A stretch of 64,000 nucleotides of DNA from Myxococcales bacterium (lineage in GTDB: Bacteria > Myxococcota_A > Polyangia > Polyangiales > DASUME01). Every line of letters starts with the position of its first letter. Position 1 is the stretch's first letter. The position numbers and the translations under genes are program-made. This document shows, piece by piece, positions 1 through 10,049 of this stretch. The DNA lies in NCBI GenBank assembly GCA_047601445.1, contig JASGJH010000001.1, positions 1,984,001-2,048,000 of the forward strand, written 5' to 3'. The notes below the pieces were generated by a model, which had not been told where the DNA came from, did not search any database, and saw nothing but the letters and a program-made list of their open reading frames with translations.

Positions 1-2154
1 CCGTCGAACATCACCTGGGCGTCGGCCGGGTGCGTGGTCAGTTGGACCACGCCGGGCTCAGTCTTCGCCAGGAACACGTAGATGAGAATGCAAAGCACGG
101 CCACGGCGCCCACGGCCAGGCCCGTGTAGAGCAGGCTGCGGTTCTTCTCGGGCGTGCTCGGCTGGGTGACGATGGGCTGAGTGACCTGCGCAGCACGCGA
201 GGTCGCCGGCGCCTGGGCAAAGGCGTTGTTGGCAGGAGGGGCCTCGGAGTTCGCGAAGCCACGCGGGGACAACCCCACGCCCGGCACGCCATTGAGCGCT
301 CCATTGGGAGGCACGTAGGTCGCCACGGCGGACTGGTTGTAGCCGCCCATATTGGAGACGTCGTCGTAGCCCCCGTCGACGTTCTGGTACCCCCCCGGGC
401 CTGCCTGGGGTTGATCCTCGGGGCGATCGTAGATCTGGGTGGAGAGCTCCTCGTCGTCCCAATCCATGCTGAGCACAGCGCTCGATTGAGCGCCGGCGTT
501 GGGATAGGCCACCGCGGCCGCACCGTTGCTCGGGGGCGGCGACGAGGCGTAGCCCTGGCCGGGCGGCGGCGGCGGCGCCGAGCGGGCCCCGCCTGGAGGT
601 ATCGAGTTTGACCGCGCGTTCATCGAAGGAATCGCGATCGCTCCGCTGGCCGACATGGAGCCCGGCGGCACGGAGGGTGAGCGACCAGAGCCCGGATTGG
701 GCACGACCGGGGTCGCAGAGAGCTGGCCAGGCGGCACGGAGGGAGTGCGCGTCTGCCCCGGCGGGACCGTCTGCACCCGCACCTGACCCGAGGCCGGCTG
801 CGCGCGCATCTGGCCCGGGGGCACCGACTGGCGCGGAGGTGGCGGAGGCACCGAGACCCTGGGCGAGGTCGGTGGGCCCGGCGGCATCGAGCGACCCGAG
901 CCGGGCGGCAGGGTGTTGCCCTGCTTCGGCGGCGGAGGCGGAACGGAGCGGCCACCTCCTGGAGCGCGCGGAGCGATGGACGGCTGCCCCTTCGGGGGCG
1001 GCGGGGGCACACTGCGACCCGAAGCGCCCTGCTGGGGAAGCACCGCCGGCATGCCGAGCATGGTGCTGGATTTCTTGCCTGAGTTGGGTGCGTCTCGGTT
1101 CACGGCTGTCGACTCCACAGGCTCTAAAGTAGGGGCTAAGTCGGTGTTTTCGGAGGTCTCCACGACCTCCACGTCCCGGAGGTCACCGACCGCCTCCTGG
1201 TCATGAGCGGCCTCGGCCGCAAAGTGTTCGCGCATCCACGCGCTGAGTTCTCGGCGCCCGAACGCTTCGCCACGACCATACAGGAAGCGCTGCAAATCGT
1301 CGTGCAGCTCCATCGCGGTTTGGTAGCGAGCTTCAGGGGCACGCGCGAGAGCCTTCAGGACAATCGCCTCGAGCTCCTCGGGAACTTTTTCATTTCGAGA
1401 ACTTGGCCGTGGAATCTCGGCACTTTTGAGCTTTTCGATGGAGGAGAAATCGCCATCGCCGGCGAACAGTCGCTGCCCCGTCAACAGCTCGTGCAGCACG
1501 ATTCCCACGCCGAACACGTCACTGCGCCGATCGACGCGCCTGCTCTCCACCTGCTCGGGAGAGAGATAACCGAACTTCCCCTTGAGCACGCCGGCCTGGG
1601 TCTTGCCCGCCTTGCCGGCCGCACGTGCGATGCCGAAGTCGATCAATTTCGGTCTCACCATCGAAGGAGACCAGGATGTTCTGCGGGGACACGTCGCGAT
1701 GCACTAGCTCCAGGTCGCGCCCATTGGAGTCGCGCTTGTTGTGCGCGTAATCGAGCCCTTCGCACGTCTTCATCATCACGAAGCACGTGAGCTCGACGGG
1801 CAGCGGTTCGCCCGTGTCGCGGGCGGCTTCGTAGATCGCCCGCAGGTCCTTGCCGTGCACGTACTCGAGCGCGATGAAGTAAGCCTCTCCGACCTTCCCG
1901 AGGTCGAAGATCTGCGCGATATTGGCGTGGTTCAGCTGGACGGCGATCTTGGCTTCATCGATGAACATCGTGATGAAGTCGGTGTCCGCCGCGATGCTCG
2001 GCAGGATGCGCTTCACCGCCACGATGCGCTCGAACCCCTCCACCCCGAAGGCCTTCGCCCGGAACACCTCGGCCATGCCGCCCGCGTTGATGCGGTCGAG
2101 CAGGTAATATTTGCCGAAGGGAATGGGCTTCTTCACGGACGCCCTCGTGTCCAC
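1..2154 (-). CDS. Hanks-type Ser/Thr protein kinase with Pro-rich linker, TM helix and start of PEGA domain; +1 frameshift at ~1650; 3' end runs off the window
   Basis: ORF 1519..2154 has GGMAEVF, VAVKR and HRDVSPQNIL. After one extra base (GAG ACC G AAA TTG ATC GAC TTC GGC) the next frame continues KLIDFGIAR..KGKFGYLSPEQ..DRRSDVFG. It then gives the Pro-rich linker, TM LAVGAVAVLCILIYVFLA and PEGA-like GVVQLTTHPADAQVMFDG at the window edge. Alternative start GTG 2136. Confidence 0.9.
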
Positions 2155-2449
2155 GAGTCCACGGTGGGAGGTTCTTTCTGCAACGAACGCGTGGTGTTGA
2201 CCACTCTAAAAGCCGGAGAACGAAGCGCGCGGATCCGCCCACCAGCCAAGCCTTGGCGTGTCCTGATATCACACCTCGGACCAGAATTGGATCCAGGTAG
2301 GTCTCAGGTTGGCGCAATCTACGCACGGGCCGCTCTGGGGGTCAAGCCTGGCCCGATGCCCCATCATCGCTGTTTTTGGCTGCAAGCACGATGCTTTAGC
2401 CGCTGGTACCCAAGGTCACACGCGAGGGGTGCCGCGGGTCACAAGAGCA

Positions 2450-5149
2450 TCACTTAGGAGCGTCGAGCGCGCCGACCGGCGCCTTGGTCGTCGGTTCGCT
2501 GGTGCGGAAGTAGCGCACGCGCTGATCCTGCAAATGGGCCCAACGCGCGTAGGGGATGGGCGGATTGTTCGGGAACAGGACTTCCGTGGCCGGCACCGAG
2601 CTCGCCAGCAGAAACAGCTGGGCCGGCGCCTCCCGCGACCGCGAGCGACCATCGACCCCGAGTACGCCTTCGCGGAAGTGAAGGCCGAGTCGGGTGTCCT
2701 TGGGCAGCCACAGGGCGGACTTCACGCCGTGCGCAGCGAGCACTTCGTGGAGCGCGCCTGGCTTGGCTTCATCGGTCTCGGCGTAGAGCAGCAAACCAGA
2801 GGCATCGACCCCGAGCGCGGCAAAGGCCACCGAGTCGGGCCGCAGCTGCGGAGCGCGCATGAGAATGTCTGCGCCCTGTGGCGGAACGCCCACCACGAAC
2901 TTGCGACCCGTGGCCGTCTTTTCGGCGTGCAGGACGTAGTCGTCGAGGCGCGCTTCCTCGGGCGCTCCGCGCAGCTCGGCCAACACGAGCTGCCCCCCCT
3001 CGGGTGCCGCCGAAGTCGGCACCGCACGCGCCGGGTCGATACGCAGCAGGCGCACGGCGTCGTCAGCGTGGCGCGCGAAGGCGGGAGGCCAGCCGGCGTG
3101 CGGCAGATCGCGGCTGCTCAACTTGGACCCGAGCGGACCTTCGAGCTTGGTCCCGGTGAGACTCGGCTTCAGCGTCAGATAGAAGTAGTCGCGGGGATCG
3201 GGGTGGATGTAGCGAGGCAAGGCCATGCCCATCGACGTCACCGCCTTGCGCGCGCGCAGCAGATAGCCCGGCAGCTCCGGCATGGCCGACTCGGTGCGAA
3301 AGGCCGCCTTCTTCTCGGCGGGAGCGCGCGACTCCTGGGGCGCGAGCACGTTGTAGAACTCCATGCCCGAGTGGCCCGAGTTCATGTCCAGGTGCATCGC
3401 CCGGGCGCAACGGGCCGCCACGAGCGCCGCGCCGAGCGCTTCCGGAGATGCCGAATCGCCCCACGCGTAGACCATGAAGCCTTCCTGCGTGATGCAGAGG
3501 GCGCTGCGCTGGGTGAGCGTCTGCTCGCTTTGCTGCTTGGGCGCCGCGCCCCACCACCAGCGGTTCCACGGGTTGAAGTGGGCGTCCTCGACCAAGCTAG
3601 TGAGGTTCTGTCGAAAGGCGATCATGCCCGCCGGGATCTCGGCGACCGCGCGGGCTTCGTCGTAACCCGCGCGGCGATCCTGGGGACCTGGCCAGGACCC
3701 CATTCCCACGTGACCGTCGTCGAAGACTGCCACCGTGGCCGCCCACGGCTTGGGCGGAAGGTACACGCGGCCATCGGCCATCATGCCGAACTCGCCGTGC
3801 ACCGCCTGAAAGCCACCGTTGAACGCGCCCACCAAGCGCGTGAGCACGTCGGGCGTGTGCGGGATGGCGCCGGTGCCGGTCTCACCGGTGGCGCTCAGGG
3901 GCTCCTCCGTACCCGCCACGATGTTGAGCTGAACCACACGCGGATCCCACAGCGTCAGATACACGCGGGCCCAATCGCGCTGCGGATCGGCGCGCAGGAA
4001 GCTCTGGAAGAACACGGGATTGCCGTCGGGCAAATCACGCACGTAGGGATCGTCGACGATGGCGCGCCATTTCCCCTCGCCGGGCACCTCGGGGGTCGCG
4101 ATGAGCGGGGTCAGCGCAGGCGGAGGCCAGCCGCTCTCGGGGTCGGGCACCGAGAGCCGCTCCACCTTCTGCTCCTCGGCGGCGGGCATTTGCTTGGTGA
4201 TGCCGAGATCCGCGGCGGCTTCCGCCGCGTGATCGACCGTATTCACGCTGTGGTAGGCCTGCTTCACGCGGTCGCGCACCGCGAACACCTTGTTCTCGAG
4301 CCAGGCGATCTTCTCGGCGCCGATCCAGGGGATGCCGCGCACGGTGTCTACCAACCACGGCACGAGCTCGGTCACGCCTGGCGCAGGCGCGCGAACATCC
4401 ACGAGCCAATCGCCCTCGAGGGGATGCTCGTAGACCGGGTCGATGACCAGCGGGTCCCCGTCGGCCTCGACCACGAAACGCGCGCGCTCGGCGCGCATCT
4501 TGAGCGTCGCGGCGGGCGTCTTGAAGGTGTATGAGCGTTTGCCGACGCCTCCCCACTGACCCGTCTGCTGCAAGTTGCTGATGCCACGCTGAATGCGCGC
4601 GAGTGGGCCTTGCTGGGTCGCTGGTTCTCCGTCGAGATCGAGTAGCTCGAGGCCCACCGTCTTGCCCTCGATGGTGCGCGCGAAGAGGACCCAGCGTCCG
4701 TTGGTGATGGGCGTGGTCTCGTCGGCGCTCGAGGTACGGGTCAGGTTGTGTACGCGGTCGAGCTCAGCGACCCGCCCGTCTTCGGCCAGGATCGCCTCCG
4801 CGGCCCACACGTCCCCGAGTCCCGACTGCGCAGCTCCGGCGCCCTGCCCTTCGGCTGCGCGAAACACGATCAGCTGCGCGTCCGCGCCGCGCCTCTGCTT
4901 CTTGAGCGACTTCGCCTCGGCGGAGGTCACGGCCAGGCCGTGCGTGGAGAGCACGTCGGAGAGCGGTGCATATCCCGAGGACAACACGTCTCCGCCCACC
5001 ACCTGCGCCAGCGCCAGGCCAGCCAACGTGACGGAGACCAGACGCAACCGAGCCCACAGCGCCTGCTGCAAAGGGCTTCGGTGGGGCGGCAGGCTGGCGG
5101 CAGCCTGACTCACCACGACGGAGTCGTTGGGTTTGCTCACGGGACTCAT
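2450..5149 (-). CDS. Membrane-anchored phosphodiester glycosidase (NAGPA/DUF2233)-like protein
   Basis: Within ORF 2450..5803, start reset to ATG 5149 (MSPVSKP) because the upstream part overlaps the J-domain gene. N-terminal TM, then motifs GAFNGGF, RSALCITQEG and AMHLDMNSGHS. Confidence 0.6.
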   Translation of the reverse strand: MSPVSKPNDSVVVSQAAASLPPHRSPLQQALWARLRLVSVTLAGLALAQVVGGDVLSSGYAPLSDVLSTHGLAVTSAEAKSLKKQRRGADAQLIVFRAAEGQGAGAAQSGLGDVWAAEAILAEDGRVAELDRVHNLTRTSSADETTPITNGRWVLFARTIEGKTVGLELLDLDGEPATQQGPLARIQRGISNLQQTGQWGGVGKRSYTFKTPAATLKMRAERARFVVEADGDPLVIDPVYEHPLEGDWLVDVRAPAPGVTELVPWLVDTVRGIPWIGAEKIAWLENKVFAVRDRVKQAYHSVNTVDHAAEAAADLGITKQMPAAEEQKVERLSVPDPESGWPPPALTPLIATPEVPGEGKWRAIVDDPYVRDLPDGNPVFFQSFLRADPQRDWARVYLTLWDPRVVQLNIVAGTEEPLSATGETGTGAIPHTPDVLTRLVGAFNGGFQAVHGEFGMMADGRVYLPPKPWAATVAVFDDGHVGMGSWPGPQDRRAGYDEARAVAEIPAGMIAFRQNLTSLVEDAHFNPWNRWWWGAAPKQQSEQTLTQRSALCITQEGFMVYAWGDSASPEALGAALVAARCARAMHLDMNSGHSGMEFYNVLAPQESRAPAEKKAAFRTESAMPELPGYLLRARKAVTSMGMALPRYIHPDPRDYFYLTLKPSLTGTKLEGPLGSKLSSRDLPHAGWPPAFARHADDAVRLLRIDPARAVPTSAAPEGGQLVLAELRGAPEEARLDDYVLHAEKTATGRKFVVGVPPQGADILMRAPQLRPDSVAFAALGVDASGLLLYAETDEAKPGALHEVLAAHGVKSALWLPKDTRLGLHFREGVLGVDGRSRSREAPAQLFLLASSVPATEVLFPNNPPIPYARWAHLQDQRVRYFRTSEPTTKAPVGALDAPK

Positions 5150-5229
5150 CGAGTGTCGCGCATCAACCGCTGTTTCGCCCAACAATTGCGGGCAGAAATC
5201 GCGCGCGGAGGGGCGCGAGTGTGGGTGCT

Positions 5230-6147
5230 TCAGCGCCCGCGCAGTGGAGACGCAAGTAGCTCTCGTTCGGCTTGAGAAAGTGCACTCATGACGCGCTCCG
5301 AAACGGCGCGCAAACCCGGTTCGAGCGCCTGGAAGCGATCGGGGTGGAGCTTCTGCGCGAGCCTGCGCAGCGCGGGGCGCGCGTGCTCCGAGTGCGCATG
5401 AGACGGGAGGTCGAGTAACGCACGTGGCCCTACCCGGCGCCGGATCTCGCGCTGCTTGCGCAGCAACAGGTTGCACGCGTCGCCGTCGAAGCTGCTGTCC
5501 ACAGCGGCTCCGAGTGCGCGCAGCACGGCGCGCGGAATGCGGGCAGCGCCCTGCGGCGCCCGCGCCAGCCAGCCCTCGAGTTCGTTTCGTTCGGCAGGCT
5601 CCCAGGTGGCCACGATGCGTCGGCCCGCGCTGGTCAGCTTGAGCGCGGTGTCCCCTGCCAGAGCAGACAGCTGCGCCAACGGCAGATCGTGCGCGATCGC
5701 GGAGAGTCCGAGCCACACGACATGCGGGATGGCGACGCTCACGTGTGGGCTCGACAACACGACAGCACGCGCAGGCAGCAGCTCGAAAAGGGGATCGGCC
5801 CAACGCAGGAGCGCCGCGAAGCGTGCTTCGAGCTGGGCCGCGAGCGCCGCGCCCACTGAGTCGGGAGAAGCGGCGCCCACTTCGATGAGCCAGGCCCCGA
5901 CCTGGCCCGAAGGCGGACTCCCACTCAGGGCGTCCCGGTGCTTCTCCGTGTCCAACCGGCCCTGCCGCAACAACGAGTCACCCAGCAACTCGCCGTCCAC
6001 CCCCTCGATGGCCACCACGGCGCCGCGAACGACGTGCACGCGCGCGACCTTCGAGCGCGAGCGTACGCGGACTTCGGCTTGCCGCTCGCTGTCGGCCAAG
6101 GCCAGGAACAGTCGGCTCAACGGTACTGCCGCTCGCAGCGCGTCCAT
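5230..6147 (-). CDS. DUF4388-like N-terminal domain plus C-terminal DnaJ (J) domain protein
   Basis: N-terminal VHVVRGAVV..LGDSLLRQGRL..VGAWLIEVG..LLRWADPLFEL is typical of DUF4388/PATAN-like domains. C-terminal ALRRLAQKLHPDRF has the J-domain HPD motif. Confidence 0.7.
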   Translation of the reverse strand: MDALRAAVPLSRLFLALADSERQAEVRVRSRSKVARVHVVRGAVVAIEGVDGELLGDSLLRQGRLDTEKHRDALSGSPPSGQVGAWLIEVGAASPDSVGAALAAQLEARFAALLRWADPLFELLPARAVVLSSPHVSVAIPHVVWLGLSAIAHDLPLAQLSALAGDTALKLTSAGRRIVATWEPAERNELEGWLARAPQGAARIPRAVLRALGAAVDSSFDGDACNLLLRKQREIRRRVGPRALLDLPSHAHSEHARPALRRLAQKLHPDRFQALEPGLRAVSERVMSALSQAERELLASPLRGR

Positions 6148-6225
6148 CGCCCAGCGGTAGCGGGAAACCGCTCGACTACGCAACTTTTGTGCAGGCTCCC
6201 GAACGTGAGCGCACGGTGCCCCGCA

Positions 6226-7230
6226 TCAGTGGAGGTAGCGCGGGTCGCCGACTTCGAGTGCCAGGGTGGAGCGGATATCGGCATAGCGGCTTGCCAGGGC
6301 AGCCGATGAGATGCCGTAGCGCTTGGCCATGCCGACCTGGGTCAGGCCCGTGATGCCGTGCATGACCGAGACCGCGTACTCGAGCGCCGCGGCATGGACT
6401 TCCGGCTTCGACACGCGAACGTTCGGACGTCGCGCCCGGTAGTCTCGCCAAACCTGCTCGGCGCGACTGAGCAACACCGAGGGTGCGCCGTTGGACTGCA
6501 TGCCGCGCTCCAGCGCTCGCAGCACTTCGCGATCGCCGTTGGACTCCTTGCGCACCACCAGGGCTTCCTCGTCCGAACGCCGCGAACGGGGATCGCGCCC
6601 ATGGAACGCCTGCTCGGCGGAGAAGAGGTAGCCGCCCGGCGCGCCGCGCTTGATCCAGGCCACCAACGAAGCGTGGCTGTCGTGCTCCGGAGAAAGGTCG
6701 AGCGCCTCGCGGGCCAATGCCTCGGCCTCCTCGAGTTGACCGAGCCGCGCGAGGCAGTGGGCCAACGAAGCCGTGACCTCGTCTTCCATGGGGTGAGCTT
6801 CGTGGGCCCAGCGCAGATGCGAGAGCGCCGTCTGCGGCTTGTTGAGAGCGACGTCCAACAAGTGCCCCAGGTTGTGATGGTACCAGGCGTTGCTGGGATC
6901 GAGGGACAGGGCGCGCTCGTAGTGGAAGACAGCAGAGTCGAAATTTCCGAGTAGCGCCTGACACAAGCCCATCAGGGCGTGGGCGGTGTCCTCACCGGCA
7001 CCGGCGCGGATCACCCTGCGCAGGTGCAGCGCCGCGCGCCATGGCTCGTCTTGAAGGAGCAGCTCGGCGGTGTGGCGGTGGCCATATACGTAGAGCTCAC
7101 CGTGATCCGGCGCGTTCGCGAGCAGCCGCTCGAGCAGCGGCATGATCTCGGCACGCGGACGCTCGCGGCGCAGCGCATCGTCGATGCGCGCGCGGAGTCT
7201 GTCGAGCTCGCTGGGATCTTTCGCTTTCAT
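6226..7230 (-). CDS. TPR protein with C-terminal helical/HTH (TFIIB-repeat-like) domain
   Basis: TPR motifs AHALMGLC..LGNFDSAVFHYERALSLDPSN and LAHCLARLGQLEEA..ALDLSP. C-terminus KPEVHAAALEY..TQVGMAKRYGISSAALASRY. Confidence 0.75.
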   Translation of the reverse strand: MKAKDPSELDRLRARIDDALRRERPRAEIMPLLERLLANAPDHGELYVYGHRHTAELLLQDEPWRAALHLRRVIRAGAGEDTAHALMGLCQALLGNFDSAVFHYERALSLDPSNAWYHHNLGHLLDVALNKPQTALSHLRWAHEAHPMEDEVTASLAHCLARLGQLEEAEALAREALDLSPEHDSHASLVAWIKRGAPGGYLFSAEQAFHGRDPRSRRSDEEALVVRKESNGDREVLRALERGMQSNGAPSVLLSRAEQVWRDYRARRPNVRVSKPEVHAAALEYAVSVMHGITGLTQVGMAKRYGISSAALASRYADIRSTLALEVGDPRYLH

Positions 7231-7336
7231 GCTCGGATACTCCCGAACTGTGCTCCGCTTTCGCGAACGGTGCCACACCAAGCTCGTCCGCGGTATCGCG
7301 GACCTTTAATCACCACAAACGTGCTCGCCGCAGATG

Positions 7337-8059
7337 CTACGCATGTTTCTGGAGGATCGCCAACAGGAAGCCGCCAAAGTATCGGACAGGTGACGTGACG
7401 CAAGCACGCTCTGCCCTGGCGAACACGTTACGCACCAGCGGCAGCTTGTGAACGAATGCGGCAGGCGTGACAACTCGCACGCCCCGGTAATCGACCAGCT
7501 TCAGACTAGGGGGAAGCAACTTGGGAATCGTGTGCGGGGCATCCCAACGCGTATAGACGTCCGCCTCGGTGCGGTCCTCACTGATACGCCCTGGCCCGGC
7601 GATGCGCTTGGCCACGAAACGCAGGCTCAGAGGGTTGTAGAACTCGAGCGCCAACGTGCCACCCGGCCGTGTAACCCGCGCCAACTCCGCGAGCGCCCCA
7701 GTGATGTCGGGTACATGGGCGAGTACTTTGAAGCTGCAGACGAAGTCGAAGCTGTCATCGCGGAAAGGGATCTGGGTGACGCTGCCCAGCGCCACCGACA
7801 ACCCTCGCGTCCTCGCCTTCTGCGCCATGCCCACCGACAGATCGAAGCCGTGCGCTTCACGGGCGACCTTGGACAAGCGAGAAAGGACGAGTCCCGTCCC
7901 ACAGCCAGCCTCCAGCACGCGCTTGCCGACCGCGAACTCGCGCACGGCATCGACTTCGATTTCGTCGATGAGGGCATGATAGCCAGCACCGCGCTCGCGC
8001 TCGTACCACGAGCTGAAGTCGTCGTAATAGGTGCGGTTGTTGGACTCGGACAACGCCAT
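7337..8059 (-). CDS. Class I SAM-dependent methyltransferase
   Basis: Motif I VLEAGCGTG, then IPFRDDSFD and ELARVTRPGG. Start ATG 8059 (MALSES). Confidence 0.9.
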   Translation of the reverse strand: MALSESNNRTYYDDFSSWYERERGAGYHALIDEIEVDAVREFAVGKRVLEAGCGTGLVLSRLSKVAREAHGFDLSVGMAQKARTRGLSVALGSVTQIPFRDDSFDFVCSFKVLAHVPDITGALAELARVTRPGGTLALEFYNPLSLRFVAKRIAGPGRISEDRTEADVYTRWDAPHTIPKLLPPSLKLVDYRGVRVVTPAAFVHKLPLVRNVFARAERACVTSPVRYFGGFLLAILQKHA

Positions 8060-8123
8060 TAACGGCCGACGTACGCTCTCGGCACCGCGCGCGCAAGTGG
8101 AGAGCGCCCACACTCGCTCGCCA

Positions 8124-9233
8124 TCACACAAGCAAGCGGTCGTACAAAGCTTCGTAGGCCGCCGCCATGGCGGTATAGGTGTAGCGTTCGCCGACGGCGC
8201 GACTTGCGGTGAGACCTACTTGCGCTCGCCGATGTGGCTGATCGGCCAGCTGCGTGAGCGCGGCCGCCAACGCGTCAGCTTGCACCTCGACCGAGAGCGC
8301 CGCGTCACCCTCACACAGTTCTTCGGCAGCGCTGCCCTTGGCGACGATGACCGTTCGGGCCAAGGACATGGCCTCGAGCAGCACCAGCGGATAGTCCATC
8401 TTGGCGTACAAATCTGCCGAAGGCAGACACACGACATCCGCGCACGCCAACAGGTCGTGGATGCGGCGCGTTTCCCCCACGAAGCTCACCTGATGGCTCA
8501 ACCCTTCACGCGCCACGCGCTCCTTGAGCGCATGCTCGACGGTGACCGCGCGCGGCGTCTTGGTGCGGCACGCCATCACCAAGCGCACGTCCGACCGCCC
8601 CAATGCCCGGACGGCCTCGATGCACAAGGATCCTCCCTCACCGAATTCGAGATCACCCGGGTACACGACCACGAACGCATCGCGGGGTAACCCGAGCTCG
8701 TCCCGCAGGTGCAGAAAGCGTTCGGCGCTCGGCGCGTGCAGCGGTTCGATGGCCGGCGCGATCCGCACCAGGCGCTCGGGGGCCAGGCCCGCGTTCAGTA
8801 GGCGATCCTGGGTGTGACGCGACAGAGCGACGCTCACGTCGGCGAACAGCTGGGGCACGATGGCGCGCGGATCCTTGGGCGCACTGGACAACGTGTGGAC
8901 CGAGCGCGTGCGGCGCAGGCCGGTAGCGATGCGACCAGCCAGGCAGCTCTTGGGGTTGGGCGCGAAAAAGAAGTGCCACAGCCGGTAGCTGCGTGAGGAG
9001 AGCAGATGCGCCATCACCCGCGCCTGGTCTGAGAGCCCCGGCGCAAAACCACCCGAGTGTGCGCGGTAAATCGGCGCCAGGTCCGCCGACGTGAGCTGGG
9101 CATCGCTTTCGCCGCGGACCATCAGGGTGGCGCGGTGCCGACGCAGCCCGCGGGCGAGATCGCGCACCAGGTTCTTCCCGCTATCGTTCCAGGGTGGCGC
9201 AATGGGCTTCGAGACGAAAAGGACGGCGGCCAT
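8124..9233 (-). CDS. Glycosyltransferase family 4 (GT-B)
   Basis: VSFVGETRRIHDLLACADVVCLPS..PLVLLEAMSLAR C-terminal GT4 signature. Confidence 0.85.
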   Translation of the reverse strand: MAAVLFVSKPIAPPWNDSGKNLVRDLARGLRRHRATLMVRGESDAQLTSADLAPIYRAHSGGFAPGLSDQARVMAHLLSSRSYRLWHFFFAPNPKSCLAGRIATGLRRTRSVHTLSSAPKDPRAIVPQLFADVSVALSRHTQDRLLNAGLAPERLVRIAPAIEPLHAPSAERFLHLRDELGLPRDAFVVVYPGDLEFGEGGSLCIEAVRALGRSDVRLVMACRTKTPRAVTVEHALKERVAREGLSHQVSFVGETRRIHDLLACADVVCLPSADLYAKMDYPLVLLEAMSLARTVIVAKGSAAEELCEGDAALSVEVQADALAAALTQLADQPHRRAQVGLTASRAVGERYTYTAMAAAYEALYDRLLV

Positions 9234-9297
9234 GGGCGCCAGGGCCTAGCACGCCGTTTCTCGATGTTGCAGGCTGTAGTACAAGGCTAGGTCAAGG

Positions 9298-10011
9298 ATG
9301 CGTATGCCGAGTCATTTTCCAGAGCCCCCGGAGGACGAGCATGGCGAGGAGCCCGCGCGCGAGTCCCAGCCGCCTCCTCTCAGGGAACCGACCCCGGTGC
9401 CGCACCCCCTGAGCAGCGTGCCGCCGCCCCCGGCTGACGCCGCCGCCCCGGAGAGCGAGCGCCCCCCGCAAGCACCGCCCCAGCCGGAGCGCCGGCGCTT
9501 CGAGAGCAAGCTGCCGGGGCTGATCCGGCGAGGCATCGAGAAGGGCATCGAGGCGGGGCTCAGCACCTTCGAGAAGAGCATCGAGACCGGCCGCGAGACC
9601 ACCGACGCCATGCGCGAGGTTTTCAGCGAGGTGAAGATGCCGCGCGACGTAGCGAGTGCCGTGGGCAAGGCCCTGCAGGAGGCCAAGCTGCCCAGGGAAA
9701 TCGCGGGCGCGGTGTTCAATCAGATCGACGAGACCAAGAACGACGTGCTGCGCATCGTGGCCAAGGAGGTGCGTGACTTCCTGGACGCCACCGACCTGGC
9801 CTCGGAGATCAAGGCAGCGCTGACCAGCCTATCGTTCGAGGTACGCACCGAGATCCGCTTCATCCCCAACGACGCGGGCTCCGGGGTCAAGCCCGACGTC
9901 AAGTCGCGCACGCGGGTCAAGCGCACCGAACCGCGCTCCGAGAAGCGCCGCGGCCGGGCTAGCCAACCCCCGGACCGAGAAGAAGAAGACGGCGACGAGC
10001 CGGAGAGCTGA
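9298..10011 (+). CDS. Hypothetical protein (Pro-rich N-terminus, helical core; loosely phasin-like)
   Basis: Strong GC3 codon bias. Core QIDETKNDVLRIVAKEVRDFL..TSLSFEVRTEIRF. Start may be 9304. Confidence 0.7.
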   Translation: MRMPSHFPEPPEDEHGEEPARESQPPPLREPTPVPHPLSSVPPPPADAAAPESERPPQAPPQPERRRFESKLPGLIRRGIEKGIEAGLSTFEKSIETGRETTDAMREVFSEVKMPRDVASAVGKALQEAKLPREIAGAVFNQIDETKNDVLRIVAKEVRDFLDATDLASEIKAALTSLSFEVRTEIRFIPNDAGSGVKPDVKSRTRVKRTEPRSEKRRGRASQPPDREEEDGDEPES

Positions 10012-10049
10012 TCCACAGGGCTGGTCGCTCTGGCGGCCGCAGACGCGCC

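Noticed and set aside
2309..4534. 741-aa + strand ORF, and similar long Arg-rich ORFs (17418..18974, 34539..36584, 42232..43905, 57951..59651, 59777..61456)
   Set aside because: They overlap better-supported genes in other frames or strands and lack recognisable domains.
5150..5803. N-terminal 217 aa of the 1117-aa ORF 2450..5803
   Set aside because: Overlaps the J-domain gene in another frame and is Arg/Ala/Cys-rich noise; start moved to 5149.
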